A stretch of 64,000 bases of DNA from Pseudomonadota bacterium (GTDB lineage Archaea > Thermoplasmatota > SW-10-69-26 > JACQPN01 > JAJPHT01), in contig JAJPHT010000030.1 of the NCBI GenBank assembly GCA_021325135.1, forward strand, positions 32,001 to 96,000, in the 5' to 3' direction. Below the pieces are notes generated by a model that saw nothing but the letters and a program-made list of their open reading frames with translations, was not told the origin of the DNA and did not search any database. This document shows positions 48,101-56,240 of the stretch, one piece after another. Every line of letters begins with the position of its first letter. Position 1 is the first letter of the stretch. The position numbers and the translations under genes were made by a program.

Positions 48101-50073
48101 CCGGGCGTGAGCGGGGGAACCTGGACGCTGCGGTTGATCGTGTACGCGATCAGGTCGCCGTGGGCGGAGTGCTGGTTGCTCCCGCTGTCGAGGAGCTGGC
48201 CGTCGGGAGAGTTCGCACTGGTGCCGTCGAGCAGGATCTTCCAGTCGTTCTGGATCGAGCAGGAGTCGGTGGGACGGCACTGCTTCTGGAAGACGCTGTA
48301 GTTGCTCAGGACCTGGATCTGCGTGTTGCCCGTCGTCGTGGTCGCGTTGAGCTGCGGCGTGCTGGGTCCGATAAGGTAGCCGGGCGCGGGTGCGTCGAGG
48401 TGGAACGAGAGGCTCGACTCGTTCCACTGCGTGCTGCCCACGCGCGGATCCGCCGCGACCTGGAGCAAGTGTGTGCCGTCCGCGCCGGTGGGATGCGTCG
48501 TCGTGCTGACGCTGTAGGTGACGATCTCGGCGTGGCCGGGGTGCGTGTTCGTCCCGTTGGCGAGCATCGCGCCATCGACGCCGCCCGGCGTGCCATCCTC
48601 AAGGACCATCCACTGGTGATCGACCGGGCACGTCTGGCTGGGGTCGCATTGGCTGACGGCGACTTGGTAGGTGAAGTTGACCGTGCGCGGGTCGCCCGTC
48701 CAGCCCGTCGTCGGGTAGATGCTGACGCCGGTGGGCGCCCAGGCCTGGTCGGGCTTGGGCGTGCTGTTTGCCTCTGCGCTGGCGGTGCCTTCGCCCACGA
48801 GGTTCGTGGCCGTGACGGTGTAGAACCAGGCCGTGCCGTTGGGGCGGTGCGTGTCCGTGTAGGTGCGGTTCGCGCCGATCTGGGCGAGGAGGGCTTCTGA
48901 GCCGGTCGTGTTGCCGCGGTAGATGGTGTAGTTCGTGACCGGCGTCCCGCCGCTCGATACGGGCGCGTTCCACGTGAGCGCGATTTCACCCACGTTCACG
49001 CCGGACGCGGCCTTGAGGTTCTGGGGCGGGCTTGGGTAGTTGAAGGTCGTGGCGCTCGCTTCGTTGCTGGCCGGACTCGCGCCGACGGCGTTGACGGCCT
49101 TGACGACGTAGTACGCCTTCACGCCGTTGCCCAGGCCAGAGTCGGTGAATGACTGAATCGTGGTGTTCGCCACGAGAGTCGTCTCGTTGCCCGTCGCGTT
49201 GCCGCGGTAGAGCAGGTAGTTGAGGATGGGCATGCCGCCGTCGTCCGAGGGAACGCTCCAGTTGAGAGCGATCTGGCCGGCGCCGGGGCCCGCGAGAGCG
49301 GCGAGGGTGGGCGCTTGTGGCGGATCCGGCAGCGTGACCTGCAAGTCGTCGTAGAAGACAGGGTGGGGCGGTTGGCCTACGAGTGGGTCCGTGCCGTAGT
49401 AGTAGTTGTCGAACGTGAGGGAATTCAGATGGCTCGCATTGGCTGAGATGCCCACGCTGGAGCTGCTGGCAAGGAGGTGCCCAGTGAGGTCGCGTACCTC
49501 GCCATGTACTTGGCCGTCGATGACATCCAGCTTAAGGACGAGCCGGTACCAGGTCTGCTGTGTGTAGCCGAACGTCTGGTGGCTGGGCGTGGTGAAGAGC
49601 GAGGTGGCGCTGCTCTTCGTGATGAGGCGCAGGTTGTTGTTGCCCGCGCCGTAGGTCAGATTGGCTTGAACCCACTCTCCGCCCGGGAAGCGAAGGGTCA
49701 GCGCGCTGCTATCGGTGCCCCCGGTCCACTGGTTGTAGAAGTCCACACCCACCTCATACCCAGACCCAGTGATGTTCAGGGTGGGACTCGCAGTGGCCGT
49801 GACGGTCTGGCCCGTGGTCTGGGCCTGGACCTCCAAGACACAAGGCGGTGTCACAGCTGTCACGTCATGCGGGTTGCAATCCTGGCCTGCGAAGGTCGGC
49901 GTGGGCGGGTTGTACGTCCAGACCGTGTTGGGCAGGTCCCATTCCTCCTGGAACAGGACCGCACCCGCCTGCGCCGTGTCGGCAAGGAAGGGAAGCATGG
50001 GCAGGCCGGCGAAGAGGAGGGTGGCGACGCTGAAGAGGGAGAAAGCGCGGGCTGGGAGGAACTGCTTCTGCAT
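39190..50073 (-). CDS. 3627-aa giant secreted multidomain protein (FN3, InhA-like carbohydrate-binding folds, DxDxDG Ca motifs, beta-propeller, PKD, PPC, hydrophobic hairpin, unique C-terminus)
   Basis: Signal peptide; WSVPSDDGGMPI FN3; FDLSPYAG..F.F.SD...GWFLDD; SSDPDGDPITYSWNWGD PKD; GTNYDLYAKLGSEPT PPC; DSDGDGLTD. Confidence 0.92.
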   Translation of the reverse strand: MQKQFLPARAFSLFSVATLLFAGLPMLPFLADTAQAGAVLFQEEWDLPNTVWTYNPPTPTFAGQDCNPHDVTAVTPPCVLEVQAQTTGQTVTATASPTLNITGSGYEVGVDFYNQWTGGTDSSALTLRFPGGEWVQANLTYGAGNNNLRLITKSSATSLFTTPSHQTFGYTQQTWYRLVLKLDVIDGQVHGEVRDLTGHLLASSSSVGISANASHLNSLTFDNYYYGTDPLVGQPPHPVFYDDLQVTLPDPPQAPTLAALAGPGAGQIALNWSVPSDDGGMPILNYLLYRGNATGNETTLVANTTIQSFTDSGLGNGVKAYYVVKAVNAVGASPASNEASATTFNYPSPPQNLKAASGVNVGEIALTWNAPVSSGGTPVTNYTIYRGNTTGSEALLAQIGANRTYTDTHRPNGTAWFYTVTATNLVGEGTASAEANSTPKPDQAWAPTGVSIYPTTGWTGDPRTVNFTYQVAVSQCDPSQTCPVDHQWMVLEDGTPGGVDGAMLANGTNTHPGHAEIVTYSVSTTTHPTGADGTHLLQVAADPRVGSTQWNESSLSFHLDAPAPGYLIGPSTPQLNATTTTGNTQIQVLSNYSVFQKQCRPTDSCSIQNDWKILLDGTSANSPDGQLLDSGSNQHSAHGDLIAYTINRSVQVPPLTPGPHYLKVAARADANSSWQVSYTLLAGIIFAPNLDDATYDAGAGQTAYNVTNNGTSAIWAEGPEADLPTTGHSGSMAWGTTLAGNYPPLADGTFHFAVDLTGKASATLSFNTLFETADSYDAGQVWVQANGQRTLLTPSSGPAYAQLMDGSQGYAGSSGGWKAATFDLSPYAGGPIDVQFEFRSDALQQARGWFLDDLQVTADGSQVFSDSMENVWTKTGTWTLAVPTTGPQRGDSTLHAWSVAPFAPYPASSHSLLQLPTLDLSGVGQGSFSFEQWFHTEYGNDSAHVEISPDGGATWQVLRPATGLLYDRLPDGSLGWSGNSLGWRLTTFDLSPYAYRKVQLRFVFTSDDALQSEGWYVSDFLVTSLATGTSPLQPYNAYTTSADAFYAYFESSGKTANFTTPNGQTVSVKYTGNNGDVVARLAADGTLTARQALVVGGNPTPVSNTSFVVTNGVWVGQPTSGTWTIHGAPTLLGVGGTQLVVGGKTFDDVSPASEAIEGTGNGKVSAQNQPILHWNWHNQATARYDTGLTSTSNPEETTNDTRLRYEIDSDSDGFSDKAEIRGHSDPFNASSTPYTDDDADGVPNILEPTRTAALDPLSTALASYVQGPLTGVDWEHSSLRETTQLVNDGEQITDSNNDGVPDFADLTNDPAATAVLVGTDPAQNALAFSVAKTGMQIAILVPPDWKSTSLVEIGNGATSTTRSQISYAQFFSELSSYYATTGLSPTVQAQPGMFLDSVLRQHLNAGMTFNLVKTPATPGLQAGVPLDFLAGTGAEGTWTLIRDTDVTGVTLTLAGMSIDASLPQSSLPNMDALHVSWHFINMQNAPAVPNGHTPWYSDSGAQTQCLSYNAFLRDGSCAQFPTTQGMRLFGANASFAMRGLLTQLRTEYQAASLAPQVVAFVQAQAAATGLTNPAPSSASPAWYGAPQTTLSSTGVTFSIPQGTLAAADIGAPSPRAFDWSFEETPANSHVGNKPATRLVFEPSDHSTTGSTIVVYGATLRALGYASTYAPPSIDPSHAASTTIAWRDVDGDGINDYVLTFAHFSKAWAWFGSSSITPAPLTYATIAPNNPNNAFLSGGFNRAVVWDGMIWGPTVNCNGGSPGCLFPNDVDQNRAHDRAVASTGPSEAWYVGGNDCGQTPSVGWILRLAFNPANEGASSFTGDWQFSGSNPTTGCGTFYDVDSLTSTDVWAAGELGIYHYDGSSWTRVVNNGHGFNHTRCFDDSDCFVYDKQTSTLLKYDLAHNSLTTATNIPFVPAPYADSVVLNSNRTVLWAINGIKAAYCQLPCTSWTNANLPAGTDFIGVGIYGDSTREAWAVGSNASGNAAMYRYVSGTWTKWTAGIFASDNGFAGIGFQGNNEGWTDDFSGRTYHYTGSNSPPFANFTKDKTSATTIDVVNVDGSTSSDPDGDPITYSWNWGDNTAGVSTATASHRYTKSGTYQIQLTVTDTNGASTTSAPQAVTITDAALTNGVALTQSIAGAGESDYYQISLPSGADQLSVVLTGPSGTNYDLYAKLGSEPTTTSFDASSTGSTSSESIAKTPAGAGTWYIMVNAVQGSGQYTLTATLRSKPSAPTIAQGPNPQFPNQPTWLNGSATGGSTLTYTIAWGDSTTSPPLGPFASGTSYSAQHNYGAVGTYTATVTVTDQFGLSNSNTGNVNIRDVAVGSTDPSWGGLTSLTLNGTVSSMNGLSSVDTWFVYGQTTSYGSSTSHVTRSATGSFSVQVPGLATNTLFHYKLMMQNSMGTSDGGDRTVSTADNGAGAPTLSVSPSVTARSELVWANGSAVHPQGANLTYSIDWKDGTNTSTFPASGNVSSGTTFSLTHTYSSRGTYLVTATATDEYGVVAPTTQQAHDVVDFAAGTTSAANNVGRTSAVLNGNITDTGGDSAGVLAWFQYGTPGGATQNTTPVHYTGTTPIQVSQTATNMVQATQYQYRLIIKNERGTSTNSLGNVTTNSPPTWTSLETFPSASYEDTPVSFQGRYTDVDNDAPPAGYPAVVIDGIRHVMTPISPCVYTCGVVYAYNTTLDPGTHSYKYVYTDGTGPEQSTTQASVGPVYRIVAMSATIKYDSTANGLPSPEWTRVETGKSATSQGPFWHTVNTPNAPGLRDAPDWPTGINTEPSVSLWFGDNATGTYANGTNEAHGSVITPPMHLELAQNPALTFWTYFETQDNGTQNDTKKVYVIGPDGHETQVDTLSAPYHGNHQWWPVSISLRQWQNQTVRVRFEFATGDGQANNYRGWFINQLTVGTDRDNDGIPDSVERNTTVMTIWRSPDGTGIVPGNSQLISHQWGLQASFPESVYAAVKLSGTCNVRVVLNTTDWSTTLMNGTCSGFGTGTAGLSDGSSLVLLTNLVQAGFNAKKLDTPQTFTLTVTTLGSGSVNQYGYFLLASGHTQYMLGDSDGDGLTDGAALNVAGVDPLSRDPDNDGFLNAFDTRPFTSDAPPSIDVLGPKTTSGWPTSLQAHLTSRYGISDARLVFTGSSGNSRELVPSNQDGNTWQWDFPSDLGAVSSVRLEVNDSLRNNAEVILTYNAQQHPQTIQTSLREWSETGIVIATTFAGSVATISPTADAVCVAITEGWCALALVAGGIVTVGIGTIVAQTYQHTPQQGTTQVVRDVYNPYDPRYTRGIVQDFPFSDFNIAAGSLGCSSALRLLAGPAAGAYATSDANGIVAAYSSAFTTGGYNAISDVQSKLRTELQGTKYVFQLDAFTGVLMYVDYAGKFIDRWHLQLDPTSCDPARITYEDRTPTNDPASVDQIIQLLGAATMWALMLKIVDHGKIEPQSFVHILDGKSGNAEVTRFPMPELPQALNDAVVRSVCDYTIIPGKVCDWANNKLQQQYELTIAMLAMNAAQGNARPCAYAPPWYWEDPSNLSKRCNTVGSMAPVASNNLNTVTISSSNGAWNDLGALVVGSPLDTDQVLNVPKELKSAEDTIKAWNAGHPATRSAYLPMVAVQNSVVEVYIELEPLAITFGC

Positions 50074-50094
50074 GGGAAATCACCATTTACGGGG

Positions 50095-51606
50095 TTAAGA
50101 GGGAAGTTTGGGGGCGGATTCGAGGCCGAGGTTCGTGTTGTAGGCGACGGTCATGATCGCGCCCATCGAGTTTCCGTACGACTCACCCGTGACGAAGACG
50201 TGCGCTCCATCCGGCGCGGCAGTCACCATCCAGACCTGCTGGAAGCCGTTGCCGGCCACCACGCGCCAGACTGGATGGCCATTGGTGGCGTTGAGCGAGA
50301 AGGTCTCGTAATGGCCCCCGAACCGGCCATCCGTAACCACGTCATGCCCCCCGCTGTCCGTTAGGTACACCCTCGAGCCATCAGGACTGAGAGTGATGTC
50401 GCTCTGGTAGAAGTCGCTCTGGGGAGTCGGGTAGACCGCGCCTGTCGGGGACCCATCGGAGACGTGAATGGGTAGCGCCCAAAGCGTCGAACCTGTGGCC
50501 GTGTCGTACGCGGCGACGGTTTCGGGCGTGCCAGCGAAGAGGCGAGTCCCGTCTGGGCTCAGCTTCACGACGCACTCACGCAGCACGCCGCGTGGCGTAA
50601 GGACTGGGCACGTTGCCGTGGCCTGGTTGGCCCAGCGCATTTCGCCCGTGAGGCTATCGTACGCCACGGCGCCTGCCGATCCCAAGACGTAGACTGCCCG
50701 ATTGATCGGGGAAGAGACGAGGCTGTATGCCTCGGAATCGGTGGGCGCGCCTTGGGCGTCTTGGCCGTGATAGCGCGCCAGCCAGCGTTGCGCACCGGTC
50801 GCGGCGTCGTACGCCAAAGTCGCGTACTCCATGGGACCGGGGGCACTTGCGCTGATGCCGGTCACGTAGATGGCGCCGCCGTCTGAGCTCGTTGCGATGG
50901 AGAAGGCGCTGTCGTACGCCCTGGGGTAATACTGGGGTGCTGTTCCACCTTCGCCGTCATACGAGGTTGACCAGACCGGGTTGCCGTTTGCACTGTCGTA
51001 GGCGACGGTGACGTAGTTGTCGCTCCTTTCTCCCGTCGTGTAGACGCGGGTACCGTCGGGAGAGACGGCCAAGGCGTATCCGAACGAGTTAGCCGGCACG
51101 GTCGCGTTCCAGGCGATCGTCCCGTTCGACGCATCCAACGCGAGTGTGAGGCCCTTCGAAGTCGTCAGGCCGCCGGGGCCGCCGATGAGAGTCCCGACGA
51201 CGTAGAGACGTGCGCCGTCGGGCGAAACGACCATCATGCGTTCCCCAGGGCTGTAGTCGGGCGCCGTGAAGGTCGTCGTCCAGACCGGGGCTCCTGTCTG
51301 GGAGTCGTAGGAGACGACGATAAGCTTGAGGGAGCTCGTAGAGAACGCGACGAAGACGTGCGAGCCATCGGGGCTGCTCGCCTCAGTGGGTTGGCTGTCT
51401 TCCGAGTGGTCGTCGAACACGGTCGACCAGGTCTCGCAGCCGATCGGGACCACGGTTCCGCACAGGGGGGGCGGCGCGAGCTCGGCGGAGCTCGTGGGGG
51501 CGAGGGACCACATGAGCAGCAGGGCGACGGCCAGCGTGATGGCGGCTCGGCCCGACTCCCTGGGTGGCGTCGTCACGCCCGTGTGAATCACGTGGAGCAT
51601 CTTCAC
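50095..51606 (-). CDS. secreted PQQ-like beta-propeller protein
   Basis: Repeated SPDG.RVY and AYDAATG...W motifs. Confidence 0.85.
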   Translation of the reverse strand: MKMLHVIHTGVTTPPRESGRAAITLAVALLLMWSLAPTSSAELAPPPLCGTVVPIGCETWSTVFDDHSEDSQPTEASSPDGSHVFVAFSTSSLKLIVVSYDSQTGAPVWTTTFTAPDYSPGERMMVVSPDGARLYVVGTLIGGPGGLTTSKGLTLALDASNGTIAWNATVPANSFGYALAVSPDGTRVYTTGERSDNYVTVAYDSANGNPVWSTSYDGEGGTAPQYYPRAYDSAFSIATSSDGGAIYVTGISASAPGPMEYATLAYDAATGAQRWLARYHGQDAQGAPTDSEAYSLVSSPINRAVYVLGSAGAVAYDSLTGEMRWANQATATCPVLTPRGVLRECVVKLSPDGTRLFAGTPETVAAYDTATGSTLWALPIHVSDGSPTGAVYPTPQSDFYQSDITLSPDGSRVYLTDSGGHDVVTDGRFGGHYETFSLNATNGHPVWRVVAGNGFQQVWMVTAAPDGAHVFVTGESYGNSMGAIMTVAYNTNLGLESAPKLPS

Positions 51607-51623
51607 AATACCCCTCCTCCGTG

Positions 51624-52754
51624 CTAGTTGAACGGGGTTGTCACCATGGCGACAACCTGGCCGTGGTCATTGGCCACTCCCATGCCTGCGCTCGTCAGGC
51701 CCAGGATGAGAGGCGCGAGGGGATCGCACCAGGGATACTGGTTGGCGACTATGCCTCCGGGGTTCGTGACGAGGTGGAGCGGGCTGTTGTCGGCGCTGAA
51801 GGAGTAGCCGCCGCCAAGGTGGTTTTCGTCGACGGCCGTCTTCACGTACACGGGCTCCAGACTCAGCGCGATGCACGACTGCTGCATGGCGCCGCACCCG
51901 TGCGTGGTTGCCACCGACGATGACCCATCAGGCGCAATGAGCGAGAACTCGTACCGGCTTGAGTACGCGTTGCAGTCAGGGGTGAACGTCGCCGTGAGAA
52001 GCCCGAGAGCGATCCCGCCCGGGTCTTGGCTGGCCGCGATCGTGTGGACGCGGAACCAGTCCTGGTCGGGTCCGAGGGGCGCGCGGTTGGGGAGACCGCC
52101 CTTGATGGCCAAGACGTCCTTCGTGATCGTGTCCGAGGGGAACGCCGAGTAGTCCAGCGCGCTCTGGAACGTGTTCCCGATATCGTACCCACCCGGCTGG
52201 TTGGTCCCCATCCCCGCATCGTTGGGGACGATGCCCGTGTTGAGCGTGTAGGGAGTTCCCGCCGCGCCGGAGGTCACCTTCATCGGGTACCAGGCATCGT
52301 CGCCCACGTTGACGTTCCCCCCGTACGTGATATCGAGAAGGGCACAGTTGGGAGTGGCGTATTGCACCGTGTCCCCGGTCAGAGTGAGCGACTCGGTGCG
52401 CACGAGCCAGACGCTGGACCAGTCGGCAGGATCGGCCTTCCCGCCGACATAGCCGGTGCTGCTGGCGGTTTGCTCGAGGGGCCACTGGATGGCGCCGGCG
52501 CAGTCGTTGTTGGCCGGCTCGTTGACGCACCGATCGACGAGGCCCGTGAGGCTGTCATCGCAGGTCGGCGGAGGGGGTGGGGGAGGCGGATTGCCACCGC
52601 CGCCAAGGCCGCCACCGCCGCCGCCATCGCCCGGGACATCGGCTTCCCCCTCGGGGTTGACGGGGGTGTTGACGGGGTCAGCCATGGCAGGGAGGGTGAT
52701 CGAGCCTGCGAGGGTGAGGATCGCGAGGGCAATCCAGAGGGTTCGAGTTCGCAT
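51624..52754 (-). CDS. secreted PPC-like Cys-containing protein
   Basis: Signal peptide MRTRTLWIALAIL, G/P linker, NNDC, DPADW, DQDWF. Confidence 0.78.
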   Translation of the reverse strand: MRTRTLWIALAILTLAGSITLPAMADPVNTPVNPEGEADVPGDGGGGGGLGGGGNPPPPPPPPTCDDSLTGLVDRCVNEPANNDCAGAIQWPLEQTASSTGYVGGKADPADWSSVWLVRTESLTLTGDTVQYATPNCALLDITYGGNVNVGDDAWYPMKVTSGAAGTPYTLNTGIVPNDAGMGTNQPGGYDIGNTFQSALDYSAFPSDTITKDVLAIKGGLPNRAPLGPDQDWFRVHTIAASQDPGGIALGLLTATFTPDCNAYSSRYEFSLIAPDGSSSVATTHGCGAMQQSCIALSLEPVYVKTAVDENHLGGGYSFSADNSPLHLVTNPGGIVANQYPWCDPLAPLILGLTSAGMGVANDHGQVVAMVTTPFN

Positions 52755-53168
52755 CCGACAGTCTCCGGTGGCTTCTCCTAACACGACTCGTGCCATAAGC
52801 TCGACTGATGGATTGTTGTCAATTCCCTTGGGGGGACGTGGATCTGACGCATGGCTGACGCTGGTGTAGGCGTCGCCATTTCCTGCGAATGGTTGGCCTA
52901 CGGTTCTCGCTCCGGGGGCGGAGCTGTAACAATCAGTTTGCGCGCTGCGTTGCGGGCGGTGGAAGGCCGCCCCCAGAGGACGACGCATGGCAAGGCCGAG
53001 GCCAGCCATTCGCTGTGTGTTCGGTGGAGCCGTGGGCGCCAGGTGTGGCCGGGGTCGGCGAGGGTGGAGGTCGTTGCCCAGGGGTCGAGCTGGGTTTGGT
53101 TCTCTGCACGGTCCGCGACGAGCGCGCCCGTGCCGTCGCTGCGGAGGAGAAGTTTCAGTCTCATTCCT

Positions 53169-53486
53169 TCACGCATGAGAGGGCTTCCCCCCGGAGGCAT
53201 GGTGGAGCGCGACGAGGGTGGTTTCCAGCTTGGCATGGCAGTGACGCAAGGCTTGGCGCGCCGTGCCTGGCTCATGGCGGATGCCGCGATCCGCGAGGGC
53301 TTGGACGAGGTCGTAGATTTCGGTGCGGGTCAGGAGGAGAGCGAAGAAGGGCGTCTCCGCGTCGTTGCGCGTAACGAGCGCATCGGGGAGTGGGAGGCCG
53401 CGCGTGTGGGCGGTGGCGACGAGTTCGGCGTGCTCGGTCGCGGTCAGAATGACAGGGACACGATCCGGCCTCCGCGCGTCAGGCAT
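53169..53486 (-). CDS. small hypothetical protein
   Basis: MPDARR with AGGAG SD. Confidence 0.55.
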   Translation of the reverse strand: MPDARRPDRVPVILTATEHAELVATAHTRGLPLPDALVTRNDAETPFFALLLTRTEIYDLVQALADRGIRHEPGTARQALRHCHAKLETTLVALHHASGGKPSHA

Positions 53487-53870
53487 GGGCTCTCCTTTGG
53501 GCTCGTCGTTTAGCTTGGAGGCGCGTTCGGAAGGGTCGGGGGAGGATGGGGGGCTTGGAACGGATGGTCGCTTCTTGGTGGCCGAGGATTTCGAGCAGGC
53601 AGTCGCGGCAGGCCTTGGCGATGGGAAGGCGTTCCTTGGCCCCGAGGGCGCGAGACGGGGCCAGGATGGCACGGCCGCAGACAGCTCGTCCTTGATGGGT
53701 GAGGAGAACGCAGATTCGCCGCGCGTTTTGGTGTTCGATCCACCATGTTCCGGGGGGAAGGCTTATCCTGATTTCGGGTGGTCGCTTGAGGTGAGGCCGT
53801 GGTTGGGCTGCGGCGATGTCGTCCTTCCATAGGGGAGAAAGTCCGACCATGCCGCAACCCAACCAATAGC

Positions 53871-53898
53871 CGACGCGGTCATACGACCGCGTCGTATG
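53871..53898. promoter_or_regulatory. Two overlapping perfect inverted repeats, candidate operator
   Basis: CGACGCGGTC-ATAC-GACCGCGTCG (53871-53894) and CATACGAC-CGC-GTCGTATG (53880-53898) between divergent genes. Confidence 0.65.
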
Positions 53899-53908
53899 GT
53901 TCAAACGT

Positions 53909-54295
53909 ATGTCGGTGCTTAATGGTTATGTGCCCGCACCCGATGCTTCAGGTGGCCGTCGTGCCCGGCGAGGGGCGGTGTTGGAAGTCTTCCGTGAATA
54001 CCTAAGGACTCAGGGAGTCCAACTCCTTGTCGTCGCTCTGGAAAGCGGTCCCAAGACGTTCCGCCAATTGACGGAAGCGGGCGGCTTCTCCGCCGACTAC
54101 ACCAAGAAAATTCGCGACAAGATGGCCGCCTGGGGGCTTATCAACGTCACCTGGATCAGCGGCACAACCCAGCAGCACGAACTCACCGCCCTCGGGAAGC
54201 GCTTCCTGGCCTACACCTACAAGCAAGCTGAATTGCTGGAAGAAGGCGCACGAACAGCCGCCAAGGCCACGCGAGACGACGAGAAGCCCCTCTAA
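53909..54295 (+). CDS. winged-HTH (HxlR/ArsR-like) transcriptional regulator
   Basis: LESGPKTFRQL....S.......M..WGLI......HELTALGKRF. Confidence 0.8.
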   Translation: MSVLNGYVPAPDASGGRRARRGAVLEVFREYLRTQGVQLLVVALESGPKTFRQLTEAGGFSADYTKKIRDKMAAWGLINVTWISGTTQQHELTALGKRFLAYTYKQAELLEEGARTAAKATRDDEKPL

Positions 54296-54297
54296 AA

Positions 54298-55905
54298 TTA
54301 CCCTTGCTTCGCGAGGGCCCCGCGAGCCGTGCGCACGATCGCGTCGAAGTCCGGCCGCCCACGCAGCGACTCGAACTCCGGCTCGCCGTTCAACTCACAC
54401 ACATGATCAGGCCGGCCGAGCAGATCCTTCCTCAGGGTTGCAACGGCCCGCTCCAGGTCTCCCACGCGGACGAGCGTGAGGGCCAGTTCAATCTTAGCCA
54501 TCTCGGCACCCGCCAAGTCCGCGAGTTCGAAGGCGTCCAGCGCGGCTTCGAGGTTGCCGAGGCGGCGAAGATGCCGCGCCTTCGACATGCACAAATCGAT
54601 GTCCCTGGGCGCGAACTGCAAACCGGCGTCGGCCCACATGAGGGCCTCTGGCCATTCTCCGAATCCCACAGCCAGATCCATCCGGGCTTTGGCCTCCAGA
54701 GCCGTGTTTGGCGCGAGATTCACAGAGACGCCATCTCGCGATGTGGCGTACTCATCGACGGCGTCCTGTTCTTGGGTGGGAAGTGCTGTCGGTTTCCTTC
54801 GCTTGTAGAGGAGAAGGCCTCCTCCCACCGCGAGACCGGTGGTCACGACTGCGCCTGCGACAACGAGAGGAAGGTTCGTCTGTCTCCATGGCGCCGGGGG
54901 AACGGGCACCCGTTGCAGGGATGTCGCCGTAAGCGGCCCCTGGAGCGTTAGGTGTGACGCTGGACCCGTTGTCTCACTTGGAGAAAACCTCAGATCAAAT
55001 GTGCCTGTGATTTGATCGCGGAAAGTTGAGTTAGACGGAAGGTAGCGTGCTTCGCTAGCCACCAGGAGCCCTTGTTCAGCGGAAAGCGAGATTGTGCCTC
55101 TGACTGTCCCGGTCACGGCGCTTGCCGCAATTCTGACGGGAGCGCCTGATCGGAAGGTGAAAGATGCATTCTCCGCTCTCACCGAAAGCCAGCTCTCAGT
55201 CTGTTCGCCGGCAACACCGCTGGGGTTTTCCTCTCCCGTGTTGTGCTCTTCGGTTCCCGCGCTGGAGGTTGTCGTGGTGACTAGGCCGCGGATCTTCAGG
55301 GTGCCAGAGAAGACGCCCGAGAATTGGCCCGTGCCAGAGAAGACAACGTTCGATCCGTTGAGGTCTTCGGCGAAGAACAGGTTTCCATCCGGATCCCCTG
55401 GAGTAGCGGTTTGCGCGTCCGTGCTTGCAAACCGTGTGTCGTGCTCCGTGTCTACCGTGATCCCGGAGGCGTTTCCTGTCAGGGACATGGTGTCAACATA
55501 CCAGCCGATGTACATCGGCCCAGTCGCGCTGCCTGTGGCGTCGAGGGTGAAGTCTGATTGGACCCCGCACGGGTGGTTCTTGGGCGGGATGGCGACGCTC
55601 GAGTCTGGGATCGGTCCGATACCCTTTGCATGGGCGAAGGTCTCGTTTGTGTAGCAGACGTACGCTGAGGCGACGCTGAGATGGACGGCTGCCCCTTTGC
55701 TGAGGTCAGGCGCCAACATGGCGGAGGGATGGACGAAGGTCGCGTCTGCCAGGTCCGCAAGGTCAACGACGTTGCGAGTCGTGAAGGTCCCGCTGACATT
55801 CTCCAGAGCCGAGGCTTGAGGGGCTATCAACACGAAGAGAACAAGGAATAGAACTGCGCACGCAGAGCTATAGGCTCGCACCCCCCTGGCCTCGGCAACG
55901 CCCAT
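54298..55905 (-). CDS. membrane protein: extracellular beta domain, TM helix, cytoplasmic TPR
   Basis: Signal-like N-terminus, TM ending YKRRK, TPR repeats, EPEFESLRGRPDF cap; start uncertain. Confidence 0.78.
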   Translation of the reverse strand: MGVAEARGVRAYSSACAVLFLVLFVLIAPQASALENVSGTFTTRNVVDLADLADATFVHPSAMLAPDLSKGAAVHLSVASAYVCYTNETFAHAKGIGPIPDSSVAIPPKNHPCGVQSDFTLDATGSATGPMYIGWYVDTMSLTGNASGITVDTEHDTRFASTDAQTATPGDPDGNLFFAEDLNGSNVVFSGTGQFSGVFSGTLKIRGLVTTTTSSAGTEEHNTGEENPSGVAGEQTESWLSVRAENASFTFRSGAPVRIAASAVTGTVRGTISLSAEQGLLVASEARYLPSNSTFRDQITGTFDLRFSPSETTGPASHLTLQGPLTATSLQRVPVPPAPWRQTNLPLVVAGAVVTTGLAVGGGLLLYKRRKPTALPTQEQDAVDEYATSRDGVSVNLAPNTALEAKARMDLAVGFGEWPEALMWADAGLQFAPRDIDLCMSKARHLRRLGNLEAALDAFELADLAGAEMAKIELALTLVRVGDLERAVATLRKDLLGRPDHVCELNGEPEFESLRGRPDFDAIVRTARGALAKQG

Positions 55906-56240
55906 GTTTGCTCGCCCGCGGAAGGGGAAATCAGATAATAAGTCGTCGGCCCCCCATGACACGGCGAGGAATTCACAAGAATTCTCGAACCCAGTCGGCT
56001 GCACGGGAGCGCCTCCGTGACCAACTGCCTAGGCGAGACGCAGATTTCTAATATTGAGTCTTTTCGTCCATCATTGCTTCTATCACACGACAACTCCAAT
56101 CAATCGTGAGAGGTCTTGTCAAGGATGGCCACGACCTTCTCCAATGCGGAGGACAATTTCCTCAGTCCTCCCGATCTTGGACCAGGCTTGACGTGGATGC
56201 TCAGCCAAAGCCATTATGGGTCGCCCGGGAGGTGGCCGCC

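Noticed and set aside
52570-52630. Poly-Gly/poly-Pro low-complexity repeat
   Set aside because: Ordinary linker inside a secreted protein.
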